In this document: piece by piece, positions 38,346-47,212 of the stretch
Position numbering within the stretch: position 1 is the stretch's first letter
Layout of the letters: every line of letters starts with the position of its first letter
From: a virus
Length of the DNA stretch: 64,000 nt
Direction: 5' to 3' (one strand)
IMG/VR virus record: IMGVR_UViG_3300028556_000001
Span: 1-64,000 of that record
Notes under the pieces: generated by a model
Seen by the model: only the letters and a program-made list of their open reading frames with translations
What the model was told of the DNA's origin: nothing
Database searches by the model: none
Translations under genes and position numbers: made by a program

Positions 38346-38543
38346 ATGACAGAAAAGAAAAAAAGAGGCAGACCAAAGGTATCCCCGGACAAATTCAAAC
38401 AGCCGGGGGTATCCTTTCGCCTAAGCCCAGAGGAGTCTGCCGTACTTAGAGCAGCCTCTACCCTTAGTTCCCAATCGGTCTCCGAATGGTCGAGAAAAGT
38501 GTTGCTTTTAGAAGCGGAAAGATTATTGTCAGACCGAAAATGA
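38346..38543 (+). CDS. ribbon-helix-helix-like regulator with GRPK motif
   Basis: KRGRPK...VSFRLSPEE...AA...SVSEWSR. Confidence 0.7.
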   Translation: MTEKKKRGRPKVSPDKFKQPGVSFRLSPEESAVLRAASTLSSQSVSEWSRKVLLLEAERLLSDRK

Positions 38544-38544
38544 A

Positions 38545-38618
38545 TGGAGCCGGACGGATTCGAGCCGACATCTCCCAACTGTAAAGGACGGGCGGTTTGC
38601 CGATTAACCTACGGCCCC
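38545..38618 (-). tRNA. degenerate tRNA-like element (anticodon ambiguous, TTA or TAC)
   Basis: GGGGCCG/CGGCTCC acceptor stem, GGTT/AACC D-stem, GTCGG-CTCGAAT-CCGTC T-arm; irregular anticodon arm. Confidence 0.6.
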
Positions 38619-38646
38619 AGCATTTTCAGACTAAGAAGTAGTCCCT

Positions 38647-38690
38647 CAACCCGTACGGCCCTCCTATCAGGGTAAAAGCCGTACGGGTTG
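38647..38690. repeat. 13-bp perfect inverted repeat hairpin
   Basis: CAACCCGTACGGC ... GCCGTACGGGTTG. Confidence 0.75.
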
Positions 38691-38776
38691 TGCCTTTTAT
38701 ATATGCCGCGCTAAGTTTCGCTGGGACAACGACTTGCGCTTTATTTTATCACCATAAATTTAGAAATAGAAGGTGG

Positions 38777-39172
38777 TTATTCCACCAAAGACCACTTGCC
38801 GTCTTTGAACTGGAAAATATTAGAATTACTAGACAGGGCTACACCGAAACCATCGCGAGAAGTTACCTTGGGATTTTTGGATTGTACGTAATCCCATAGC
38901 TCGTCTCGGGTCATCGGCCTTCCGGTTGATTTTAGGGCTTCTATCGCCAATTCCTTGCTGCTCTTCATTCGCTCCAAAGGCTCACGAATGAGTTTAGAAA
39001 TTTTTGCCAAGTTCATATGTTCGTCCGATGGGAAAACGTCCCGTGGGTCAAGCATGTCGGCTGCTTGCCGCAAACGCTTTACTTCGGCTTCCATGCGGTC
39101 GGCTTCCATACGCATACCATAAGCGTATCGCTTAGAGGCAGGTGGAGGAGGTGGTGGTGGATTGGGTTTCAC
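38777..39172 (-). CDS. coiled-coil plus winged-helix (HARE-HTH-like) protein, cargo of element B
   Basis: AIEALKSTGRPMTRDELWDYV...VALSSNSNIFQFKDGKWSL. Confidence 0.62.
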   Translation of the reverse strand: MKPNPPPPPPPASKRYAYGMRMEADRMEAEVKRLRQAADMLDPRDVFPSDEHMNLAKISKLIREPLERMKSSKELAIEALKSTGRPMTRDELWDYVQSKNPKVTSRDGFGVALSSNSNIFQFKDGKWSLVE

Positions 39173-39295
39173 GAGCCAACCATAAGGATAGCTCTATCCT
39201 ATGTCAATGGCCTATTTTACCCTCTAAAAGTGCTCAAATGCGCTCGTATGACTCTAGCCGCGCTTCTAGAGGGGTTTGGCCTTGTCGTGTTCTGA

Positions 39296-39304
39296 GGGGC
39301 CATT
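39296..39304. repeat. 9-bp target-site duplication GGGGCCATT (second copy 42333-42341)
   Basis: Exact direct repeat abutting both TIRs of element C. Confidence 0.92.
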
Positions 39305-39348
39305 GGTAGTGTCCTAATTTGGAATGACCCCCAAGCTCAATACCCCCA

Positions 39349-39576
39349 CTAATTGCTCCACAATCTTACCACGCTACTGCAATACTTACTCATACCGGCC
39401 TGATTTGTCGCCGTCATGGGTTTGTTGTGGAAAACAACGGCGTGTCGTCCTTCGCACTCAAAATCAAACCGATATAGGCCCTCACATCCGTCTGGCGTAT
39501 TACAGGGCCCTTTCAATGGGCCAATGCCGAAAGAATCTTCGCCGAATTTTATGTTTGGCAGAATAGGATGAGCCAT
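39349..39576 (-). CDS. small hypothetical cargo protein
   Basis: 75-aa ORF downstream of trpC. Confidence 0.4.
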   Translation of the reverse strand: MAHPILPNIKFGEDSFGIGPLKGPCNTPDGCEGLYRFDFECEGRHAVVFHNKPMTATNQAGMSKYCSSVVRLWSN

Positions 39577-39666
39577 TCCAACACTAGGTCATGTTTGTTG
39601 GATAAACTCAAGCCCGCTTACTTACTTCATAGCCCTAGTAGCTATCACATGTTTTACCGCACAGAT

Positions 39667-40527
39667 TTAGGCGGAAACTGGCTCCCGCTTAAAGCGGGTA
39701 ACGCCTGTATGTTGCAGGCTCACCTTCTCAAATGCTTCCAGCTCGGCGCGAATACCGATGGGTGACTTGAGTAGTGATGTGCCGATAAGCGCAGCGTCAA
39801 ACCCCATTTCCATAACTTTGGCAAAGTTTTGCGGATTGATGCCGCTCTCGGCCACCTTAACACAATCCCTGGGAAGCTTACTGATTAGATTAAACGCACC
39901 AAGCACTGTGGTAAAATCTCCGCCCGTTAAACGACTCAGGGCAAAGCGAATGTCTCCATCGAAATTGCGACTGTTAATGCCGCAAATCTCCACGTCTTTA
40001 GGTAGCGTCAGGATTTGGTCCTCGCTGCGAACTTCGCAAAGAACATGCAGACCTAGGCTCCTCGCAAAAGAGTGTAGTTTCTGAAAATCTTCTGGGCTAA
40101 GAATATCAGGATGCGCCATTAGTAAGATTGCGTCTGCTCCGAATGCACGAGCCTCTAAAACCTGATACTCGTCTATAATGAAATCCTTTCTGAGAATTGG
40201 TTTGGAAATCACCTTTCTCACGCTTTTGATTGATTCAACTATCATCCCAAAATGCAGCTTATTTGTGAGCACCGAAACGGCGTGAACTATCTTGGACTCT
40301 TGATAGGCGTAAGGAGATTCCTGAACCAATCGTGGATTCATCATTCCCGCGCTGGGAGATTTGACTTTAATCTCAGCAATTATCCCACCTCCGCGAACAG
40401 CCTCTTTAAAGTCAAGGACTGGGGGAGCGTTCTTTAGCCAACGCTCTAACACCGTGGAAGGTCTAATCCTTTTAGCATCAGCGACTTGCTGGCGCACACC
40501 GATAAGAATTTCGTGAATGATGTCCAT
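39667..40527 (-). CDS. trpC: indole-3-glycerol-phosphate synthase-like protein (cargo of element C)
   Basis: IIAEIKVKSPSAG, VSVLT, PILRKDFIIDEYQVLEARAFGADAILL, LCEV, GINSRN, VAESGI, AALIGTSLL. Confidence 0.88.
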   Translation of the reverse strand: MDIIHEILIGVRQQVADAKRIRPSTVLERWLKNAPPVLDFKEAVRGGGIIAEIKVKSPSAGMMNPRLVQESPYAYQESKIVHAVSVLTNKLHFGMIVESIKSVRKVISKPILRKDFIIDEYQVLEARAFGADAILLMAHPDILSPEDFQKLHSFARSLGLHVLCEVRSEDQILTLPKDVEICGINSRNFDGDIRFALSRLTGGDFTTVLGAFNLISKLPRDCVKVAESGINPQNFAKVMEMGFDAALIGTSLLKSPIGIRAELEAFEKVSLQHTGVTRFKREPVSA

Positions 40528-40540
40528 ATTGCGAAGGATT

Positions 40541-40813
40541 CTAGTAAGCAGCTAGGCAATAGACAGCAGCAACCTTCTCAGGGAACAGGGCGTCACCTGT
40601 TGGCATGAACCGGGCCATGACGACACGAGGGGTTTGATGAGTTGAGAGGTTGTTTGCCAATAAACCATCGAACTCCTCCTGAGTCAAGCCCTCGTAGAAC
40701 AGGGTGATTTCAGACAATGGAATACCATCTTTGGCTGCATTTTGGCGCACCAAATCGAGGTCAACCCCATGCTGATTTTTCATGTCCTTTTGGAGCCCAA
40801 GAAAAGCTTTCAT
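40541..40813 (-). CDS. hypothetical cargo protein
   Basis: 90-aa ORF ending 13 bp upstream of trpC. Confidence 0.55.
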   Translation of the reverse strand: MKAFLGLQKDMKNQHGVDLDLVRQNAAKDGIPLSEITLFYEGLTQEEFDGLLANNLSTHQTPRVVMARFMPTGDALFPEKVAAVYCLAAY

Positions 40814-40867
40814 CCGCTTGGGTCAAGCACTTTTTGTGCCTCGATGCGCCTTGTTGCTCCCGTCTCC

Positions 40868-41038
40868 TTATTGAGATAAAATCGAGAATCTGACCCATTC
40901 CGAGAGGTCTTTACCTTCCGCCCGGGCCTTGGCCTCGACCTGCTCCCTCTCCGCCTCGGTCAGGCGAATCTGAAGGTTTACAGACCTAGCTGCCCCCTTG
41001 GGGAGCTTTGGCCTGCCTAGGGTTTTCTTTATTGTCAT
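40868..41038 (-). CDS. ribbon-helix-helix (MobC-like) regulator with GRPK motif
   Basis: LGRPKLP...LQIRLTEAEREQVEAKA...LSEWVR; paralogue of 38346-38543. Confidence 0.75.
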   Translation of the reverse strand: MTIKKTLGRPKLPKGAARSVNLQIRLTEAEREQVEAKARAEGKDLSEWVRFSILSQ

Positions 41039-41101
41039 GCAAAAAAGATGTTGACGTAAGCATATTACTGCATTACGGTAAGTCAATAATCAAATTCAGC
41101 C

Positions 41102-41923
41102 ATGCCAAACGTCCTCCCATTCGATAAACAGGTCAACATCGTCGCCATGCTCGCGGAAGGCGCGTCCATTCGTGGGGTCGAGCGCATTACCGGGGTTCAT
41201 CGGGATACCATCATGCGCCTTGGGGCGAAGGTGGGGAATGCCTGCGCTGACTTCATGGACACCCGCCTGCGTGACCTTACCTGCCAGCGGGTCGAGATAG
41301 ACGAGCTTTGGGGCTTCATCGCCAAGAAGAACGCCGGATGCCTGCCGGAAGAGCTTAGGAACGGCCTTGGGGACGTTTACACCTACGTCGCCTTAGATGC
41401 GGACACAAAACTGATTCCGACCTTCCATGTCGGCAAGCGCGACGAGATGAACACCGTGGCCTTTGTGGAAGACCTGCGGAGCCGGATGCGGACGCGGATT
41501 GAACTCTCTTCTGACGGATGGCGTGCTTACGCTGGCGCGGTGGACAAGGTTTTCGGATGCGAAGTGGACTACGGACAAAACGTAAAAGTTTTCGCTTCGC
41601 CGGAGAAGACCGAAGAGCGCAGATACAGCCCGCCAAAAATCAGCAAAATTGAGCGTTCGTCCCTTATCGGGGAGCCGGAGAATATCTCGACATCCTTGGT
41701 GGAAAAGCAGAATCATACCGTGAGAATGCACTGCCGCCGTCTGGCTCGTCTTACCAACGCTTTCAGCAAAAAACTCGACAACTTTAAGTCTGCCGTGGCC
41801 CTCCACTTTGCGTATTACAACTTCGTCAAGTTTCACCGCACCATCCGCATGACTCCGGCGATGGCCGCTGGCGTGGAGCAATCACCCCTAGAAGTCGCTA
41901 ACCTCGTTGAACTAGCCCGATGA
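41102..41923 (+). CDS. IS1-family DDE transposase
   Basis: EIDELW, LSSDG, STSLVEKQN...RLTNAFSKK, TPAMAAG; clear paralogue of 37446-38279. Confidence 0.9.
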   Translation: MPNVLPFDKQVNIVAMLAEGASIRGVERITGVHRDTIMRLGAKVGNACADFMDTRLRDLTCQRVEIDELWGFIAKKNAGCLPEELRNGLGDVYTYVALDADTKLIPTFHVGKRDEMNTVAFVEDLRSRMRTRIELSSDGWRAYAGAVDKVFGCEVDYGQNVKVFASPEKTEERRYSPPKISKIERSSLIGEPENISTSLVEKQNHTVRMHCRRLARLTNAFSKKLDNFKSAVALHFAYYNFVKFHRTIRMTPAMAAGVEQSPLEVANLVELAR

Positions 41924-42222
41924 CTCACCCCGAGTATCTAGCGCATCTCCAGAAGGCCATTAAAAAGACCTTTGGGCTGGAGTCTGAATACGTCGAGACG
42001 GTCAAGGTGGTTGAGGCATTCAGGGGCAAAGTCATTTGGGACGGTGACGTAGAGGTTTTCACGGTCAAACACCCCGAGGCGTCCCGTTGCTACGCATGGG
42101 CGCATGACATAGAGACAGGCTCCCACTCCCTTGTCGTGCTGGGGCGTCCGCCTATCAAGTCCGCCCTAGATGCTGTCAGGGCTGCGCTTGTGACCGAAGG
42201 CAGACGCCAATCCAGTAACTAG
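41920..42222 (+). CDS. conserved ~100-aa transposase-coupled protein of unknown function
   Basis: YLAHLQKAIK...W.GDVEVF...HP.ASRCYAWA...PP..S.L.AVRA shared with 37156-37449. Confidence 0.8.
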   Translation: MTHPEYLAHLQKAIKKTFGLESEYVETVKVVEAFRGKVIWDGDVEVFTVKHPEASRCYAWAHDIETGSHSLVVLGRPPIKSALDAVRAALVTEGRRQSSN

Positions 42223-42340
42223 GCATCCCGCACTTGTTATAAATCGTTTAACTTCTGTTGCCGGGCAATCCATCTCCCACAGTAACCGTCAAGCTTCTTT
42301 CCAATAGTCACCGCTCAAATTAGGACACTACCGGGGCCAT

Positions 42341-43162
42341 TCATTCCACAATCCTTGAGGTTATTTCCACGTCTCCATGACTCGTTTTCCATTTCACGAT
42401 TAAATCAATCTTCACCGGGCGGCAGTTTTGCGACCCGACAATGTAGTGAAAGACATAGAACGCGCCTCCTACTGCTTTGAAATTGTGAGTAGGATTACCG
42501 GGAGACAGAAAGTTTTTTGTGGGTGTAAGTAAGTCGCCAGTGTGGGATACGACCAAGGCGTCTAGATATTCCACACAACCCTCATTAACATTGCGTTCAA
42601 GTGGATCTGGACTGCCTGCTTTTTCCGTAGCGCAGTCGAAGGTCAAATCGAGGTTTTCCCCTATGTAGCTTTTTGCACCTTCAAATCCCAGCATCCTACC
42701 AAAGCATTTTTGTATGCCACCAATTCCCTTAGTCCCCACTCTTATTCTATAGTAATCGGTGTCTAATTTTCTTTCACAAATAAAAGTTCTGCTGCTTGTC
42801 CAATTACCAAACTGCAACGGAGTGTTTGGTCTGTAGCAACCCGTGTCTTTTTGGTCGAAGAATAAATCTAGCTGCGGTTTTGACTCCAGTATGTTTATCT
42901 TTTCTAGAAGTTGATAGTGGAATCTATAGGCCGACTCCAAGAGTGCCCCAAAGAATAAGATGCAACAAATGATAGCACCCCAAAATGACGCCCATCCGGG
43001 AGCGGTGAGCAGCGTATAAAGGCTCCCTAAAAACAATAGCCCAAAGGCCCATCGTGCCTTCATGGTCTCCCTCCGTTCGACCGCATCCGAAAAGATGGAT
43101 GAAAAATAGGAGGTTCGACTTGGGGGCTCTTTCTCTGCTGTCGGAGATTTCTTGCGAGCCAT
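42341..43162 (-). CDS. membrane-anchored hypothetical cargo protein of element B
   Basis: Two N-terminal TM helices then a beta-rich domain; AT-rich relative to the phage. Confidence 0.6.
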   Translation of the reverse strand: MARKKSPTAEKEPPSRTSYFSSIFSDAVERRETMKARWAFGLLFLGSLYTLLTAPGWASFWGAIICCILFFGALLESAYRFHYQLLEKINILESKPQLDLFFDQKDTGCYRPNTPLQFGNWTSSRTFICERKLDTDYYRIRVGTKGIGGIQKCFGRMLGFEGAKSYIGENLDLTFDCATEKAGSPDPLERNVNEGCVEYLDALVVSHTGDLLTPTKNFLSPGNPTHNFKAVGGAFYVFHYIVGSQNCRPVKIDLIVKWKTSHGDVEITSRIVE

Positions 43163-43264
43163 AGACCCAGAGCATGATAATGGATGCCGAGGTGGTAAAG
43201 CCTCAAGCGGAACGCCTGTAATCCCCATTTGTAAAAATGGGGTGCCTCATAACCGGACACTACC

Positions 43265-43803
43265 GGGTCGTGGTCGCCCAAATATAAAACGTAAAGCTCC
43301 TTTTCCTGTTCTGCGGCCTTGAGGAAACGCTTACTAGCCTCATACATTGCGCTGGATGAGGAATAACCTTTGTTCGCCGTGAACGGCACATCCCATTCCG
43401 AGCAGACTGGAATCAGGACGCCTTCCAATGCCTGCTTCTCCACCATAACCTCCATGTAACATGGCTGATTCGCCCAGCGGTCAACGCGAAACTGAGTTGC
43501 GGCGGTGTGTAAAATGTCGGCAGGCGAAGACCAATGGGGGTTCTCGACCGTCTCACGTCCCCGGTCTTTGATAACATCCCAGTCAATGCGCCCAGCCATG
43601 CGAGCATCTGAAACCAGATTGCCAACATTCTTATAGCTGCGTTCCGTATTCTCCACGATGTTGCGGCTGACAAGCTGGTAGTAAAGCTGGCGAAGGCTCA
43701 AGTCGTATCCCGCCTCGACGTATTCAGTCAAGATTCCATTGATAGTTCCAATCATACCAACCGCTTCAGAACCAAAGTTCTTTTCGATGAATTGTTCTCT
43801 CAC
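43265..43803 (-). pseudogene. 5' half of an interrupted Topo VIA/Spo11-like TOPRIM gene
   Basis: LSLRQLYYQLVS, EVMVEKQAL, KGYSS, VLYLGDHDP; resumes at 37095. Confidence 0.85.
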
Positions 43804-43891
43804 ATGAACACATTTACCCACTTCCTGCAATTCCGCAAGTGAGGGAGAGAGATTTATGCTGGCGTGCTCTGGCTCGCAATCCGCAAGGGGC

Positions 43892-44299
43892 TTAGTAGGG
43901 CTTCATCTCCTTTTGGGCGACAAAGGACTCAATCTGGTCGCGCAGAGACTCCACCTCGCGTTCCAGTTGGTGAACCCGGATTTCTAAGGGAATTTTCACG
44001 GGGCGTTCCTCCTCGACGGCGGAATCCTCTCTGGGGGTGGGAATGGGCTTGGGGCGTTTCACCTTCCGCACAACGGCATTGGCCGACTCAAACCGTTCCT
44101 TCGTCACCTCACTACCAACCAGCCTAGACATCCAGCCGTGAGTCAGGGGCCAGCCAATTCCAAGGGCGCGGGCATGCTTCCCGGTCGGGCAGTAGAAACG
44201 GCCCGTCCGTCCTCCCCGATGTCCGAACCAGCGAAAGCAATCCTCCTCGGTAATCCTCGGCATTTCCGCCAACCTACACCGATTCAGGCATTCCCGCAA
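43892..44299 (-). CDS. hypothetical protein
   Basis: ORF with LGIGWPLTHGW motif and C-terminal coiled coil; start uncertain. Confidence 0.5.
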   Translation of the reverse strand: MRECLNRCRLAEMPRITEEDCFRWFGHRGGRTGRFYCPTGKHARALGIGWPLTHGWMSRLVGSEVTKERFESANAVVRKVKRPKPIPTPREDSAVEEERPVKIPLEIRVHQLEREVESLRDQIESFVAQKEMKPY

Positions 44300-45114
44300 T
44301 TCGGTTTATGCTGTCCGTCTCCGCTCCCAACCGGCCAGCGGTTGCTCGCTCGCGGCCAGTAGTGAGTCAGGCGGCTCTTAATGGCCTGCGCTGCGCTACG
44401 GCCTCGCCGCCATCGCCAGAACCGCCGCTCTGTGAGCGACCATCGGGAGCGGTCTGGCTGGCTTGCCCACCTCAACCAGCCAGAGGAGGGTTCGAGGCAA
44501 GCAGGTGCCCACCCATTGCGGACACCCACTTGCTTCACTGGCTTACCCACCATCCGGTCGGATGGGACATCGTGAAGGCAGACACGTTCTTCGGCCATTA
44601 GGTTCTCTGGCGGCAGGTAATTACGCCTCCTTGTGTCTGCATGGGCATCAGTCGGTTCGCGGTGATTAACCCGCTTACAACCAATAGCGCGAGGGCTACT
44701 CCCTCTTCCCCTTGCACGGCTGGCGCGACATTCCTACTGGCAGTCCCGGTATCACCCGGCTTGCACGATTCGGCGTCCTTCGCTGGTAAGTCCTAGGGCA
44801 TGGCATCGAAACAGGGTGGGCAACCCATACAATCCTGTCTCAATCGGCGACCAGTTTCATACACTGCCTCACTGGTAAGCTGGATGCTATTTACGGCTCG
44901 TCCTAGAGTCGTGATTGCGAGAATAGTAAAAGATTCCCCTTCGTCAAATAAAAACAGTGAAGGCGACCCAGATTTCTCCGAGTCGCCTCCAAAGGGACGA
45001 GTCCGTTAGCGTTTCCAGTTACTTATGAAACCAACTGAACAGAACCCCACCCTACCCCAGCTTATTCCCCATGTCAACATCGACCTTGCAGAAAAATAAA
45101 TGCAGAAATCTGCG

Positions 45115-45151
45115 TGTGAACACTTGCGCGAACACAGAACTGTGGTATGGT
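45115..45151 (+). promoter_or_regulatory. early promoter with TGTGAACAC box
   Basis: TGTGAACACT 45115-45124, then TTGCGC-N16-TATGGT. Confidence 0.5.
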
Positions 45152-45156
45152 GGGGG

Positions 45157-45357
45157 ATGGACTCAGCAATCCCGCTCGTAGCCAAACATTCAAAAATCCT
45201 GACGATAAAACGCAGGTTCTTTCAATGCCCAAGGTGCGGCGGCGAGATGAATATGGGTGTCATGTATCTAACTTCTCCGGCGCAATACGATTGCCGTAGT
45301 TGCAAAAAATCCTCCAGCGCACGCGACATCAAAGAGAAAATCGAAGTAGAGGACTAA
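45157..45357 (+). CDS. small zinc-ribbon protein
   Basis: CPRC...CRSC. Confidence 0.55.
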   Translation: MDSAIPLVAKHSKILTIKRRFFQCPRCGGEMNMGVMYLTSPAQYDCRSCKKSSSARDIKEKIEVED

Positions 45358-45415
45358 CCCCGTGACCGTCCCAGAAATCCTCTCCGACCCTTAACCCAAA
45401 ACTACACACAAATCC

Positions 45416-46192
45416 ATGCCAATCACCGTTCAAGACTGCCTCGCCAAGCTAGCCATCGGAACCAAAATTCCGAGCATCACCCTGACCGTCACCTACATCT
45501 CCTCTCTGCGCCACGGCACCGCCCGAGCCTCCGGCAAGGCATGGACGGCTCAAACGCTGCAAGCGGAAGACCAGACCGGGACAATCCAAGTGGATGTCTG
45601 GAACCACGCGGAGATTCCGCAGTTCGAGAAGGGGCAGAAATTCATCTTCACCGCCTGCAAGGTCAACTCCGGCACCGACCGCACCAAGCAGACAGTCAGG
45701 ACTATCGAAGCCTCCCAGAACTCCGGCATCGTGCCATTCGACCCACAGAACGGCCAAGAACAGCCACAGGAGGCGTCGGAACCGTCAGGGCATGACCAGA
45801 CACCCCCTCCGGCTTCCCGGCCTGCCCCAAGCCCAGCCAGACCCCCGGAAGCGCAGCCTACGCAGCCGGGCCGACCCATCCGTTCGTTCGCCGCCGCCAA
45901 GGTCGCCATCAACCGCGCCGCCAACCTCCTAGTTCTCTGCCATCGGGCCTCCGCCTACGTCGCCGACGAACTCAGTCAAGCCGCCCAAGGCGAGGACGCC
46001 CGCTCGCTCTTCATCCAGATGGCACGGGATGGCTGGCTCGACCAGATGCCGATAGGCAGGATGGAGAAGGACAAGTCCGAACCCCCGCAAAGCCCGGAAT
46101 TGCGCCGGGAGCCGAAACCGGAACCTGAATCGCTCCGTCAACCTACATCCGGGCCGTCTCACATTGACCCTGACGAGGAGCCGCCTTTTTGA
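45416..46192 (+). CDS. OB-fold single-stranded DNA-binding protein (putative)
   Basis: TLQAEDQTGTIQVDVW OB-fold strand pattern; acidic DPDEEPPF C-terminus. Confidence 0.65.
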   Translation: MPITVQDCLAKLAIGTKIPSITLTVTYISSLRHGTARASGKAWTAQTLQAEDQTGTIQVDVWNHAEIPQFEKGQKFIFTACKVNSGTDRTKQTVRTIEASQNSGIVPFDPQNGQEQPQEASEPSGHDQTPPPASRPAPSPARPPEAQPTQPGRPIRSFAAAKVAINRAANLLVLCHRASAYVADELSQAAQGEDARSLFIQMARDGWLDQMPIGRMEKDKSEPPQSPELRREPKPEPESLRQPTSGPSHIDPDEEPPF

Positions 46193-46398
46193 CCCATACC
46201 ATCATGCCAATCCCAACCCAATCTCCTGAGCCGCCCGTCGCGCCACTGAAAACGAAATACCTGCACGTCCGGGTAACGGCCCCAGACCGCGCCAAGTGGA
46301 AGAGACACGCACGGGCCTGCAAGTGGTCACTCTCTGAACTGGCGGTGAATACGCTGAACACGGCTTGCGATGGCCAGACTTTCCTGCCGAACAAATAA
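46189..46398 (+). CDS. small RHH-like DNA-binding protein
   Basis: YLHVRVTAPDRAKWKRHA...SLSELAVNTLN. Confidence 0.55.
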   Translation: MTHTIMPIPTQSPEPPVAPLKTKYLHVRVTAPDRAKWKRHARACKWSLSELAVNTLNTACDGQTFLPNK

Positions 46399-46402
46399 CG
46401 CC

Positions 46403-47209
46403 ATGTCGCTCAAACAAACGATTCAGGGGCATTGGTATCGGCTTGATGGCACAGCCGCCCACGACGCCACCCTGCGCGAGGCCCGCACCCAAAACCTCCT
46501 TCCATCTGTAACTACCGTTATTAAGCTCGTCGCGAATCAGGCCCTTGACGGCTACAAAATCAAGGAAGCCATCAAAGCCGCGTGGCGAATCCCCCGCTCC
46601 CCCGGAGAATCCGATGACGACTACGCCCAGAGAATCTTCGAGGACTCCAAGCAGCACTCCATTCAAGCCGCCGACGCCGGGACGGACATCCACGCCCAAA
46701 TCGAAACCTACAACCAATCCGTGAAGGACGGGCAGCCCAAGATTCATTTCGACATGGCCTACGAGCACCTGTGTATGCCGTGGGTCACTCACGCCTCGGA
46801 GCACATTTCCCGCATCGTGGAGGCCGAGATGGTCTTGGCCGACGCGGATATGGGGGTGGCGGGCACGACTGACCTTGTTTGTATAGACAAACGCCACGGG
46901 CTGCTCTTGGCCGACTACAAGTCCTCGGAGGTCAAGCTGGACAAGCGGACGGGGAAGAAGCGGCCCGGCTTCTGGCCCTCTTACATCTGGCAACTCGCCA
47001 CTTACGCCGAGCTCTACCGCCTGCGGGAGAAGCTGCCGGAGCCTCCCAGAGTGGCCTCCTACATCATAGACCGCTCCGAACCCGGCCTGTATGAGAAGGT
47101 CTGGTCGGTGGAGGAGCAGGCATGGGGGCTGGCGTTTATGAAGGGGCTGATTTACTGCTGGCAGGTGAACGCGAAGTATTCCCCGAAGAAGGTGGAGGCA
47201 ACGACGTGA
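46403..47209 (+). CDS. PD-(D/E)xK exonuclease (RecB/Cas4-like, phage recombination)
   Basis: LPSVTTVI, GTDIH, AGTTDL, ADYKSS, QLATYA. Confidence 0.82.
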   Translation: MSLKQTIQGHWYRLDGTAAHDATLREARTQNLLPSVTTVIKLVANQALDGYKIKEAIKAAWRIPRSPGESDDDYAQRIFEDSKQHSIQAADAGTDIHAQIETYNQSVKDGQPKIHFDMAYEHLCMPWVTHASEHISRIVEAEMVLADADMGVAGTTDLVCIDKRHGLLLADYKSSEVKLDKRTGKKRPGFWPSYIWQLATYAELYRLREKLPEPPRVASYIIDRSEPGLYEKVWSVEEQAWGLAFMKGLIYCWQVNAKYSPKKVEATT

Positions 47210-47212
47210 TTC

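Larger units (their letters stand above)
39305..42332 (+). mobile_element. element C: autonomous cargo-carrying IS1-family element nested in B (3028 bp)
   Basis: Perfect 17-bp TIR GGTAGTGTCCTAATTTG; 9-bp TSD; intact transposase. Confidence 0.92.
37104..43264 (-). mobile_element. element B: autonomous cargo-carrying IS1-family element (6161 bp including nested element C)
   Basis: TIR GGTASTGTCCGGTTATGA (17/18) plus inner TTTTTACAA block; 8-bp TSD; intact DDE transposase. Confidence 0.92.

Noticed and set aside
38545-38618. Calling this a functional ochre suppressor and inferring genome recoding
   Set aside because: The anticodon arm is irregular (C at position 37, stem mismatch), and phage genes end normally at TAA, TAG and TGA
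43060-43264. C-terminal extension VVSGYEAP... of ORF 43060-43830
   Set aside because: Read-through into the terminal repeat of element B, not a real domain
37104-43264. Interpretation as an intron, intein or composite transposon
   Set aside because: TIRs and TSDs show one element nested in another; the two transposases are not identical flanking copies; no group I/II or intein motifs were seen
46403-47209. Cas4-like nuclease as a sign of CRISPR
   Set aside because: No array or other cas genes; the context beside an SSB fits a recombination exonuclease
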